A stretch of 64,000 nucleotides of DNA from Candidatus Omnitrophota bacterium (lineage in GTDB: Bacteria > Omnitrophota > Gorgyraeia > Gygaellales > Profunditerraquicolaceae), in NCBI GenBank assembly GCA_963805065.1, contig CAWDSS010000010.1, positions 211,696-275,695 of the forward strand. The letters are read 5' to 3'. Below the pieces are notes generated by a model. That model made no database searches, was not told the origin of the DNA, and was given only the letters and a program-made list of their open reading frames with translations. Shown one piece after another: positions 9,174-18,168 of the stretch (its first letter is position 1; each line of letters begins with the position of its first letter). A program made the translations under genes and the position numbers.

Positions 9174-10133
9174 TTACGCCTTATACTCCGAAAGCCTCTT
9201 TATCCGTTTTAACATATTAGGATGAGTGCTTAATAATTCCATTAATTTATCACCCACGCTTAAACTGATTGTTTTAGTTCTTAACATCTCTAATTCTGAA
9301 GCATCAATTGTGCCGCTTTTATCCAAATCCAACTGGCTTAATTCCCTGATATCGTTCATCGCCTGGGAAGGATCATTTACAAAAAAAGCCTTCAGGCCTT
9401 CTACTTCCTTTAAAGATTCTTTATTCATGCGTGCCGAGCCATAAACAAGTTTATACAGGCTGGAAGCAAGGCTTGAGGGTTGATTACCTAGCTCAACAGA
9501 ACCTTTATCCGCAAAATATTCCCTTATGCGGGAAGCATAAAGCACCAAAAGATTAGTGATGAAATAAAATATAAAAGCAACCAGGCCGATTAAGACAGTG
9601 CTACCTCCTCTTTCATCGCGCCTACGGCCAAAGAATAAAAACTGCCAGGCCAGGCGGTACATAATCATAGGTATAACTGAAAGAAGCGTTATAGTCAGCA
9701 CATCGTGATTCTTAAGATGCGTTAATTCATGACCAAGGACCGCTTTTAACTCTTGTTCGTTAAGCAAATTTAAAATTCCTTCAGTTACGCAAACCCTGCC
9801 GTCTCTGGTACTCCTTCCGAATGCAAAGGCATTGGGCAAAGGTATTTGGGCAATACAAACTCTTGGCATGGGAATGTTTGCTCTTACTGCCAGGCTTTCT
9901 ACCATTTGAAAAAGCCTGGGGTATTCAGTTCTCTTTACATATTTAACCCGCATGGTCCATTCTACAATCTTCGGGCCAATCATATACTGGATAAACATCA
10001 TCGCTAGAGAAATTATGAGGTAAAAATAGAAGTTCGATATGCCAAAATAAGTTCCTATCATTACTACCACTGCATAAACAATGGCAAAAAGCACCGCCAC
10101 CAGAAGCATCATTCTTAGTTTCAGGAAAAACAT
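9174..10133 (-). CDS. htpX: M48 family zinc metalloprotease HtpX
   Basis: HELTHL zinc motif, four TM segments and a C-terminal STHPNMLKRIKRL. Confidence 0.8.
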   Translation of the reverse strand: MFFLKLRMMLLVAVLFAIVYAVVVMIGTYFGISNFYFYLIISLAMMFIQYMIGPKIVEWTMRVKYVKRTEYPRLFQMVESLAVRANIPMPRVCIAQIPLPNAFAFGRSTRDGRVCVTEGILNLLNEQELKAVLGHELTHLKNHDVLTITLLSVIPMIMYRLAWQFLFFGRRRDERGGSTVLIGLVAFIFYFITNLLVLYASRIREYFADKGSVELGNQPSSLASSLYKLVYGSARMNKESLKEVEGLKAFFVNDPSQAMNDIRELSQLDLDKSGTIDASELEMLRTKTISLSVGDKLMELLSTHPNMLKRIKRLSEYKA

Positions 10134-10155
10134 TTCACTTAGCCTCCTTCAAACC

Positions 10156-10182
10156 ATTAACGATTAACCATTAACTATTAAC
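10156..10182. repeat. four tandem heptamers ATTAACN (GTTAATN on the coding strand) just upstream of the htpX RBS
   Basis: cATTAACgATTAACcATTAACtATTAACt read directly. Confidence 0.8.
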
Positions 10183-10604
10183 TACTTCACTATCTCCGCC
10201 TTAATTATAAGCCTTATGACGGGGTTGTCAAGGTTATCTGTATTAACATAGATAAATTTCTTTACTGCTCCGGCATAGCCTTTGGAATTAAATTTAACCT
10301 CTATATTAGTGCTTTCTCCTGGCTTAAGGCTATTTTTTTTAACTGCGGATGTAGTGCAACCGCATGTTGTGGTTACGTTTTTTATATTCAAGATCTTTGA
10401 GGATTCATTCTTGAATGCAAATGTATGCGCCAAGACCTCTCCTTGTTTTGCCTTGCCGAAATCCCAGGTGTATTTTTTATCTTCCTGTGTTTGGGGTGCC
10501 TTCGGCATTGGTGCGCTTGCCATCGGATCTGCATTTACCTTTACGAAACAGGATATTGCAAATAAAAAACTTAAGCCCGCCAAAATAAGACATATTTTTT
10601 TCAT
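10182..10604 (-). CDS. DUF1573 domain protein (secreted or lipoprotein-like)
   Basis: Hallmark NVTTTCGCTTSAV...KPGESTNIEVKF. Start placed at MKKICLILAG, which follows AAGGAGG. Confidence 0.7.
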   Translation of the reverse strand: MKKICLILAGLSFLFAISCFVKVNADPMASAPMPKAPQTQEDKKYTWDFGKAKQGEVLAHTFAFKNESSKILNIKNVTTTCGCTTSAVKKNSLKPGESTNIEVKFNSKGYAGAVKKFIYVNTDNLDNPVIRLIIKAEIVK

Positions 10605-10683
10605 CGCTATTTCCTCCTTTTCTAGATAATATACACCTGTCAATGCAAAAATTCAAGACTATTATACTATCCCCTATCTTTTA

Positions 10684-11215
10684 ATGAATCTGCTGATTTT
10701 CTCGTCAAGCGGTTTTTTGCGGGTCCTGCCGAGGCACGTTCTTCGCGTCATCGCTCGCAATTCCCCAGCGTGGAATTGCTTCGCTCAAGCGGAAGCCTTC
10801 GCTCTTGGATACTTGTCTAACGAGGCAAACCATGCCCGCTTCGGCTTCCTTATGTGCCGCTCGTAACATGCCTCGTCACCCGCAAAAAATCCATTTCGAT
10901 GCTCGAAAATCCGTCAGGTTCATTCTCCGAGCGCCTTGTATATTAGCGGGTGACTTGGCTGCACCTTGCCTTAAAGGATAGGCAAGTGCGTCCTTCTGGA
11001 CTGATTTCCGAGCAGGGCATGGAGGCAAGGAGCGGGCAAGGTTCCCGCATCCGGCTCCTTAATTAAAAAAAAGGATTTATATACGGCCCGGATGCGGGAG
11101 AGCGACGCAGCCGACCTGAGCGAAGTTTTGCCACGCTGGGGCAAAACGAGCGTCCCTGCGAGGAAACAGCCAAGTCAGGCCCCGCGTAAAGTAGGGCGCG
11201 AGAGAAACTAATGGA
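10684..11215. other. GC-rich, hairpin-dense non-coding island (candidate structured RNA or foreign palindromic element)
   Basis: Visibly GC-richer than the flanks, with no credible ORF. Nested long-range complementarities: 10683-10704/10904-10924, 10713-10736/10869-10889, 10951-10961/11167-11177. Local hairpins: 10757-10779, 11044-11098, 11125-11147. Confidence 0.4.
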
Positions 11216-11222
11216 CTTATTG

Positions 11223-12038
11223 CTATGGGTGGTGGTCGAGGTGCTGATGAGGATGGACATGCACCTGGCCTTTGTGCCTGTGGCTATGAATGTGGATAAG
11301 GTTGTTATCACGCAGGAATTGCTCGTCTTGAAGGAGCGCCTGAGGGCTGCCGGTCCTGATAATTTTCTTTTCACGCCCCAATACGTAAACTGTATCCGAT
11401 ATTTCTTCTATGATATACAGGTCATGCGTCGCGGTAATTATAGTTCTTCCGTCGAGATTTGCCTGAACGATGATATCCACGACCTGCCTTACTGTAGCCG
11501 GATCCAATCCTGCCGTAGGCTCATCAAGAATCAGGACGTCCGGATCTATTACTAAGACTGAGGCGATGGAAACTTTACGCTTCTCCCCTACGCTCAATTG
11601 ATGCGGAGATCTATCTAGTAAATCTTTGATGTTTAAAATTTCAGCGAGTTTTTCCAGGCGCTTTTTGATTTCTGCTTTCTTGACTCCCAGTTGTAATGGC
11701 CCAAAAACAATATCCTCTTCTACAGTAGGGCAAAATAGCTGGACATCGGGATTCTGAAACACAAACCCCACCATGCTTCTAAATTTTCTGGAAAAATCCA
11801 CATCGTTAAATATCCCTTCCTTTAATTCCCGGCCAAACGCCAAGACGATACCTTTATCAGGAAATATTAGCCCGTCCAACATCTGTAAAAGCGTAGACTT
11901 ACCTGAACCATTAGCTCCCAATATTGCGATCTTGCTTCCTTTTTCAATGCTTATAGTGACACCGCCCAGTGCCAGAAATTTTCCCAGGTAAGAAAACCAC
12001 ACATCTTTTAACTCAAAAATTAAATTATCCATTTGCAA
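11223..12038 (-). CDS. cbiO: ECF/Cbi-type cobalt or nickel transporter ATPase CbiO with a His-rich C-terminal tail
   Basis: Walker A GANGSGKST, signature LSVGEKRKVSIASVL, Walker B LILDEPTAGLD. Tail HIHSHRHKGQVHVHPHQHLDHHP. Confidence 0.8.
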   Translation of the reverse strand: MQMDNLIFELKDVWFSYLGKFLALGGVTISIEKGSKIAILGANGSGKSTLLQMLDGLIFPDKGIVLAFGRELKEGIFNDVDFSRKFRSMVGFVFQNPDVQLFCPTVEEDIVFGPLQLGVKKAEIKKRLEKLAEILNIKDLLDRSPHQLSVGEKRKVSIASVLVIDPDVLILDEPTAGLDPATVRQVVDIIVQANLDGRTIITATHDLYIIEEISDTVYVLGREKKIIRTGSPQALLQDEQFLRDNNLIHIHSHRHKGQVHVHPHQHLDHHP

Positions 12039-12855
12039 AATAAACTAATACTGCACAAATTAATACTGACAAACATAAAAATGACCAGTCTTTAAAACCT
12101 GCACGAAATTCTTTAAATACAACCGGCTCGCCGCTATAACCCCTTGAAAGCATGGCCTTATAAACCTCTTCATTCAGGTTACTTGATCTTTGCCAGAGGC
12201 TGCCAATATTCCAGGCAACTAACCTTTGGCCTTTTTCATACTGCACACCTACGCCTACGCGGCTTTTAATTGCAAGATACGTATTCTCTATAATCTCCAC
12301 AAAAAGATAAATATACCTGTAACACATACTCAGCGTCATTACGAAAACCTGCGGAATTTTAAAAATCCTCAAAACCGACAACAACTGCGCATGCCTCGTA
12401 ACTATGCCCAGAAGCACTACAAAAGATACGCTGGTTACAACTCGTGTCACGAATAAAACCGCGCCAAAAAACCCCTGCCTGCTGATAATTAATTTTAAAC
12501 CCCAAAAATTTAAACTAAATAATGCCTCACCCGGGGTAAACGTATCGAATAGAGCCGGAATAGCGATAAACAGAGAAAATAAAGGTATGAATATCCATGT
12601 CCTCTTTAAAAAGAATAGCAAATCAATCCGGGATAAGAGTGCTGATAAAAGGCACAATAAATAAAGGCACAAAAGTAAGGGTATGCTTTTTATGAACAGG
12701 ACCGCGATCAAAATCGCAGCAAATGCCAGAAGTTTAAACCTGGGGTCGATAGACTGCAGAAAACCTTTCCTTAAGGCGTATTCTTCGCTGAATAAGGAAT
12801 CCTTCATAAAAGACAAGACGCCGAATATAGATTTTTCAATAAAATTATGCTTCAT
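12025..12855 (-). CDS. cbiQ: CbiQ/EcfT transmembrane component
   Basis: Polytopic, with SIDPRFKLL near the N-terminus typical of CbiQ. Its position in cbiMNQO order also supports the call. Confidence 0.75.
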   Translation of the reverse strand: MKHNFIEKSIFGVLSFMKDSLFSEEYALRKGFLQSIDPRFKLLAFAAILIAVLFIKSIPLLLCLYLLCLLSALLSRIDLLFFLKRTWIFIPLFSLFIAIPALFDTFTPGEALFSLNFWGLKLIISRQGFFGAVLFVTRVVTSVSFVVLLGIVTRHAQLLSVLRIFKIPQVFVMTLSMCYRYIYLFVEIIENTYLAIKSRVGVGVQYEKGQRLVAWNIGSLWQRSSNLNEEVYKAMLSRGYSGEPVVFKEFRAGFKDWSFLCLSVLICAVLVYFANG

Positions 12856-12859
12856 AACA

Positions 12860-13144
12860 CTATTCGCCTTTTTTAGTTAATGGCCTTACGATTAAGAAAA
12901 CTATTGATACCGTTATTACTATGCCCAGGAATGCCGAGATTATGTAGCTGATGCTAAGATGTCCCAATCCTTTGTCCGCATGGATTTTTAGGACATAATC
13001 AGGGATAGGCGCTTTCCAGAGATTTAAAATTTTTTCTTCTCCCCAAGCGCCTTTGGATTTAAAAAATTTCGGCAGGAATAAGCCCAAAGGAGAAAGAATC
13101 GCAAGTAAGAAAATACCAATCCATAATTTAGAGAAAAGTTTCAC
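12860..13144 (-). CDS. small two-TM component, CbiN-like
   Basis: 94 aa with a TM segment at each end. It sits between cbiM and cbiQ and overlaps the cbiM stop. Confidence 0.45.
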   Translation of the reverse strand: MKLFSKLWIGIFLLAILSPLGLFLPKFFKSKGAWGEEKILNLWKAPIPDYVLKIHADKGLGHLSISYIISAFLGIVITVSIVFLIVRPLTKKGE

Positions 13145-13809
13145 TTTAAAAGACTAAAATCCTGTTTCTGTAAATATTTAATTACCAAAGCAGTCACAAT
13201 TGCTTCAATCCAGCCAAAAATTAAAAGATGTTCTCCCGTCATGGCAGGCACAGCTACATTCAAACCGTAAGGAGAATATAAAGGCTGGCCCGATGCGCTA
13301 TGATAGAGCATTGGCTGTATTCCTAATTCAACGCTTGTCAATAATGCAGCGATATTGATGCCTATATAGCCGGCGATTCCCGCTGCAACAACTCTCCTTG
13401 CTGAATTTAAAGGTGACTTAAAAGCAATCGCCCGGTAAACATAATAACCGCTAAACACCAAAGCAAATGCCATGTTAAAACAATTTGCGCCTATCGCGGT
13501 AATCCCTCCGTCGCCAAATAACAAAGCCTGTACTACTAAAGCAACGGTCACTGCAATACAAGCTGCCCATGGCCCCAAAAGTATTGCCACAAGCACTCCT
13601 CCTACCGCATGGCCCGTTGAACCGCCGGGTATGGGAACATTAAACATCATTATCACAAAACTGAATGCCGCGCCTATCGCAAGCATAGGCACCTGTTTTG
13701 CTTTTAATGTTTTCCTGACTATCCTCGAAGAGGCTATCCATACAGGGGCCATCGCTGCGTAAAAAAATCCACAGGTAGACGGCCCCAAATACCCATCAGG
13801 AATATGCAT
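13141..13809 (-). CDS. cbiM: CbiM/NikM substrate-capture component
   Basis: N-terminal MHIPDGYL metal-binding motif; 222-aa polytopic protein. Confidence 0.85.
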   Translation of the reverse strand: MHIPDGYLGPSTCGFFYAAMAPVWIASSRIVRKTLKAKQVPMLAIGAAFSFVIMMFNVPIPGGSTGHAVGGVLVAILLGPWAACIAVTVALVVQALLFGDGGITAIGANCFNMAFALVFSGYYVYRAIAFKSPLNSARRVVAAGIAGYIGINIAALLTSVELGIQPMLYHSASGQPLYSPYGLNVAVPAMTGEHLLIFGWIEAIVTALVIKYLQKQDFSLLK

Positions 13810-13810
13810 A

Positions 13811-14206
13811 TTAAAATTTTTGCATCGTGCTAAATTTGCCAGGGCCTAAAAGCAATAATGCCAGCAAAGCACAGATGACTACAAAATTATATTCATAACC
13901 TCCGTTAGTAATGAAGAAACCTTTACTAATATGGACCTTTAATATCGCTACTAACATAAATATAATCAAGGCTACGGATGATAAGCGCGTAAGAATTCCC
14001 AAAATCAAAAATAAACCTCCTATCAAAGCTGAATAAGCTGCCACATATGCCCAGAATAACGCAGGGCTAAGTCCTAAACCCGATAGCATCTTGGAAAATC
14101 CCTGTACACCCGGACCACCGAGCTTACCGAGTGCCATTTGTATTCCATGCGCGAAAAACATAATTCCCAAACCCAGCCTTAAGATTAAAATCCCCCAGTC
14201 CATCAT
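13811..14206 (-). CDS. DoxX family membrane protein
   Basis: ILRLGLGIMFFAHG...LIGGLFLILGILTR pattern. Start at MMDWG forms an ATGA overlap with the upstream stop. Confidence 0.7.
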   Translation of the reverse strand: MMDWGILILRLGLGIMFFAHGIQMALGKLGGPGVQGFSKMLSGLGLSPALFWAYVAAYSALIGGLFLILGILTRLSSVALIIFMLVAILKVHISKGFFITNGGYEYNFVVICALLALLLLGPGKFSTMQKF

Positions 14207-15330
14207 TTTACACCTCCCGTTATCAAATCTCTCAATATCCCCAACTGATTTTTCAGGCAACATGAACGGTAAATACACATGGTAAAGTGGAGTATTGTAG
14301 GCAAAATTCCTTTCAATTGCACACCGAATACGTTTCCGCAGGATTTATTATTTGCCATAGGAATTATGAAACCCAAATCACGAGGAATATATTTATGGAG
14401 CTTTTCGCCTTTAATGCTATCGATTACGTTTAAAGCAGCACAACTTCCTTGAGCAATAGAGAATTGCACGGCCATACGTAGATTCGAGCATCTATATGAA
14501 ACAAATGCGGCATCACCGACTGCAAAACAGTTTTCGCTTAACCTCAAATATTCATCGACTTGTAATCTCCCCTGCGGGTTCTTATCAGCTTTTAAATCCT
14601 GGATAAAACCAGAAGTTTTTACTCCCGCTGCCCAAATAACCATAGCCCTGTTAAAAACTTTTCCGCCGGTGACATAAGCCCTGGAATCTTCTAATTTCTC
14701 CAAAGAACTATTAACCAGAATATCTACATTCAAACTTTTTAAGTTTTGGGTGACATAATTTTTCATCCATTCAGTAAGGGGCCCTAAAATTGCGGGAGCG
14801 CGCTCAACAATGATTATTTTGCCGCTTTTTTTGTTTTTGGTTAAGAATAGACTCAAATTAGTAGCTAACTCAATACCTGTGTAACCGCCGCCACCGATTA
14901 TGTAATTATCAAACTTTCTGTTCTTCAATGCTTCTATGATTTTTTCTGCATCCATTGCTTCGTCCAATTTAAAGGCGAATTCTGCGATGTTTTTATTTCC
15001 GTAGAAATTTGTTTCCGAACCGCTGGCGATAATCAAATAATCATAATTAAACCTTCTGGTTCTAGTCAAAACCTCATTCTTGCCTGTATCTATTGAATCT
15101 ACCTCGTCTTTGACAAATTTAAAACCATTCTTTCTGCCTGTCTCTTCTATCTTGCATGTCAAATGCGTAAGCTTAATCCCTCTACCGATTGCATCCGGCA
15201 AGGCAGGTAGAAAATCGAATGTGTCTTTTCTGTCTATAAGAACGACTTCTAGCCCCAGCCCTCGCCTGGAAAGAATCCTAAGCGCTGATAATCCGGCAAA
15301 ACCTCCTCCTATAATTATAATTTTTTTCAT
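14203..15330 (-). CDS. FAD/NAD(P)-binding oxidoreductase, type II NADH:quinone oxidoreductase-like
   Basis: Two Rossmann motifs: IIIIGGGFAGLSA and IIGGGGYTGIELA. Confidence 0.7.
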   Translation of the reverse strand: MKKIIIIGGGFAGLSALRILSRRGLGLEVVLIDRKDTFDFLPALPDAIGRGIKLTHLTCKIEETGRKNGFKFVKDEVDSIDTGKNEVLTRTRRFNYDYLIIASGSETNFYGNKNIAEFAFKLDEAMDAEKIIEALKNRKFDNYIIGGGGYTGIELATNLSLFLTKNKKSGKIIIVERAPAILGPLTEWMKNYVTQNLKSLNVDILVNSSLEKLEDSRAYVTGGKVFNRAMVIWAAGVKTSGFIQDLKADKNPQGRLQVDEYLRLSENCFAVGDAAFVSYRCSNLRMAVQFSIAQGSCAALNVIDSIKGEKLHKYIPRDLGFIIPMANNKSCGNVFGVQLKGILPTILHFTMCIYRSCCLKNQLGILRDLITGGVK

Positions 15331-15331
15331 T

Positions 15332-16246
15332 TCATATTATCAAACTTAGGATTAAAATAATCCCTACAATTGCCTGAAGGGCAATTGTTAACTTGGAAGA
15401 CCCGACTAAGCGCATTTTATCTTCCGGATGCTTTTCTACGATTTTTAGAGCGCTGTAAGCCAACAATATACATACGTAAGAGGCAAAGGCAAGTTTGTCC
15501 AGGTAACCCTTTTTTTGGTTAACTGCTATGGACAAAAACGCAAAACTTACTAATAAATAATATATTATGTATGCATATTTTGTCCCGGTTAAACTTACCC
15601 AGGTAAACTTTCCGGATTTAGAGTCTTCGGGGTAATCGGGAATTTCATTCACGAACAAAATAGCTGTGGTTAAAAATCCGAAAGGCAAAGACAGCATAAA
15701 ACTCTTTAAATCCGGGAAAATCCCCGTCTGGATAAAATATCCTCCCATAACCGGCACCGGGCCAAAAAGTAAAAAGATAATTAATTCCCCCAGCCTGCGA
15801 TATGAGAACTGCAGAGGCTTTGCAGAATACATCCAACCCAGGATGATTATGGCAATATATAAGGTAACCACTAATATGCTATGCAAGATTAAGGCAAGCA
15901 TAAACACACAAACAGCAGCAACTGCCGCAAATAGTAATGCCAGATTCAGGTAAAATTCTTGCGTAACTACTTTTTCCTGAATAAGTTTTGAACCTCCAAA
16001 AAAATTATAGTATTTCCTATCTTGCCAATCTACCCCGCTCCTGGAATCAGCATAGTCATTAATTAAATTCGCGCTTAAATGTGTTGAGACTACCGCAGCA
16101 AACCCCAGCAAAAAACCCAAAAAATTAAAATTGGAATTATGGATTAGTGAGCCAAACAAAAAAGGCAGCACGCTAGCACAGACAAAGGGAAATCTTAGAG
16201 CTCTAACAATATTCTTAAACCCAATATATTTTATTGCTTTGGCCAT
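15332..16246 (-). CDS. UbiA-family aromatic prenyltransferase (MenA-like)
   Basis: Polytopic, with NLINDYADSRSGVD (NxxxDxxxD-type motif). Confidence 0.7.
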   Translation of the reverse strand: MAKAIKYIGFKNIVRALRFPFVCASVLPFLFGSLIHNSNFNFLGFLLGFAAVVSTHLSANLINDYADSRSGVDWQDRKYYNFFGGSKLIQEKVVTQEFYLNLALLFAAVAAVCVFMLALILHSILVVTLYIAIIILGWMYSAKPLQFSYRRLGELIIFLLFGPVPVMGGYFIQTGIFPDLKSFMLSLPFGFLTTAILFVNEIPDYPEDSKSGKFTWVSLTGTKYAYIIYYLLVSFAFLSIAVNQKKGYLDKLAFASYVCILLAYSALKIVEKHPEDKMRLVGSSKLTIALQAIVGIILILSLII

Positions 16247-16268
16247 GCCTATATGTTAACATATTCCC

Positions 16269-17306
16269 ATGTTTTTGAAAATAAAAAACAATATAGAAAA
16301 AGAGCTGCTGGGCTACCTCAAAGACGCCGACAAATCATACGGCCTAAGAAAGATTTCCCCCCTCTTGTTTAACAACATAAAAGAATTCATATCCAGGAAA
16401 GGAAAACGAGTGCGGCCCACCCTTTTTGTAATAGGCTACCTTGGTTTCAAAAACAAACCTGCCGCCGGACTATACAGGACAGCCTTGTCCTTAGAGCTTT
16501 TGCATGATTTTATGCTGGTGCATGATGATATCATCGATAAATCTCCAACCCGAAGAGGAAAACCTTCTGTTCATGCAGCGCTGAACAAATACCTTAAAGC
16601 TCATAGGCATATTAAATTCAACGGCGAGGACATGGCTATTGTCGTAGGCGATGTAATATACGCCATGGCAATAAATGCATTTTTATCCGTAAAAGAAGAT
16701 ATGCGGCGCAAACAAATGGCTCTGAGTAAACTTACAGAAGCTGCCTTCTATACGGGCAGCGGTGAATTTATTGAATTGATATACGGGATTAAGCCAATCG
16801 AGAAAATCACCAAAGAGGACATTTACAAAATATATGATTTAAAAACCGCTACCTATACCTTTGCCGCTCCGCTTGCAATCGGAGCAACCCTGGCCGGAGC
16901 TAGAGAAAACGAAATAAATAAACTTTTTAATTACGGAATCTATCTGGGCAGGGCCTTTCAGATAAAAGACGATATTTTGGGCATATTCGGCACGCAGGCA
17001 AAAATGGGAAAATCAAATTTAACTGATTTGCAGGAAGCCAAAAAAACAATTCTTATCTGGCATGCTTATCGCAAATCTGACGATTTGAACAGGGCGAAAA
17101 TAAAAAAAATCTTATCAAAAGCCAGAGTTAATAATTATGATTCGAGAGAAATCCGCAGGATCATTACTTCTGCAGGCTCTTTAAACTACGCCAGGAATGA
17201 AATTGACGCACTTATCAAAAAAGCTGAAACCCTTAATAAAACATTCCGCATGCCCCAAAAATACAAAGATTTACTCAACTCTTATTCAAGAAAACTTCTC
17301 AGTTAA
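16269..17306 (+). CDS. polyprenyl diphosphate synthase (trans-IPPS)
   Basis: FARM LVHDDIIDKS and SARM FQIKDDILG. Confidence 0.8.
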   Translation: MFLKIKNNIEKELLGYLKDADKSYGLRKISPLLFNNIKEFISRKGKRVRPTLFVIGYLGFKNKPAAGLYRTALSLELLHDFMLVHDDIIDKSPTRRGKPSVHAALNKYLKAHRHIKFNGEDMAIVVGDVIYAMAINAFLSVKEDMRRKQMALSKLTEAAFYTGSGEFIELIYGIKPIEKITKEDIYKIYDLKTATYTFAAPLAIGATLAGARENEINKLFNYGIYLGRAFQIKDDILGIFGTQAKMGKSNLTDLQEAKKTILIWHAYRKSDDLNRAKIKKILSKARVNNYDSREIRRIITSAGSLNYARNEIDALIKKAETLNKTFRMPQKYKDLLNSYSRKLLS

Positions 17307-17313
17307 TTGTATA

Positions 17314-18153
17314 ATGAAAATAAATCTGGCTAAATCTGCGGGTTTTTGTTTCGGTGTAAGACGGGCACTTCAAATCGCCCTGGAGACGGCAGCCTCAAAT
17401 AAAAAAGTCTGCATGCTGGGGGATATTGTACATAATGAAGCAGTGGCAAGACAGATAAAAAATACGGGGATAAAAAAGATTAAGAAAATGTCCGCTGGAA
17501 TTGGCAAGGTGTTTCTTATTCGTGCCCACGGCACATGCCTTGAGACTGAAAAAAGAGCGCGTAAATTAGGCTACGCCGTTATTGATGCCACCTGCCCAAT
17601 GGTAAAAGAAATTCACAGGATTGTGCGGGATATGGAACGCAAAGGCTATGAGATTATTATTATCGGAGACAAAGGGCATGATGAAGTGCACGGTGTCATC
17701 GGGCAGTTGGATAAAAAAGCTCTGGTAATCGACACTGCCAAACATATCCCGTGGAGAAAAATTAAACAGGCAAAAAAAACTTGCGTAGTTGCTCAGTCTA
17801 CGCAAAACATAGATAAAGTAATTGAAATCGTAAGAATTTTAAAATCCCGCATTAAAGAATTGAAATTCTTCAACACTATCTGTGTGCCTACCAGGATAAA
17901 ACAGCAGGAAATAAAAAAAATGCCGCTATCTAATGATGCCATGCTTATCATAGGCTCAAAAATGAGCGCCAATACCAAGCGGCTGTATCAGATATCGAAA
18001 TCCCTTAATAAAAAGACTTACTGGATCAGCACTAAAAAAGAAATCAGGCCTCACTGGTTTAAGAATGTCCAAAAAATAGGAGTGGCTGCAGGCGCTTCCA
18101 CTCCTGATTTCATTACGCAGGATATTATAAACTACCTTAAAAATTTAGCTTAA
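17314..18153 (+). CDS. ispH: 4-hydroxy-3-methylbut-2-enyl diphosphate reductase
   Basis: MKINLAKSAGFCFGVRRA, TCPMV and ASTP motifs. Start taken at the internal Met after the upstream stop. Confidence 0.85.
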   Translation: MKINLAKSAGFCFGVRRALQIALETAASNKKVCMLGDIVHNEAVARQIKNTGIKKIKKMSAGIGKVFLIRAHGTCLETEKRARKLGYAVIDATCPMVKEIHRIVRDMERKGYEIIIIGDKGHDEVHGVIGQLDKKALVIDTAKHIPWRKIKQAKKTCVVAQSTQNIDKVIEIVRILKSRIKELKFFNTICVPTRIKQQEIKKMPLSNDAMLIIGSKMSANTKRLYQISKSLNKKTYWISTKKEIRPHWFKNVQKIGVAAGASTPDFITQDIINYLKNLA

Positions 18154-18168
18154 TTATCTTCTTTGCAA

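Noticed and set aside
10684-11215. Cobalamin or NiCo riboswitch for the cbi operon
   Set aside because: It lies downstream of cbiO, not upstream of cbiM, and I could not find a B12-box-like element. Upstream of cbiM there is no intergenic space at all.
10684-11374. ORFs 10684..10866 (+), 11063..11374 (-) and 11211..11555 (+) in or next to the GC-rich island
   Set aside because: They have no RBS, an Arg/Ala/Ser-rich composition typical of random GC-rich frames, and they cut across the hairpins. The last one is antisense to cbiO.
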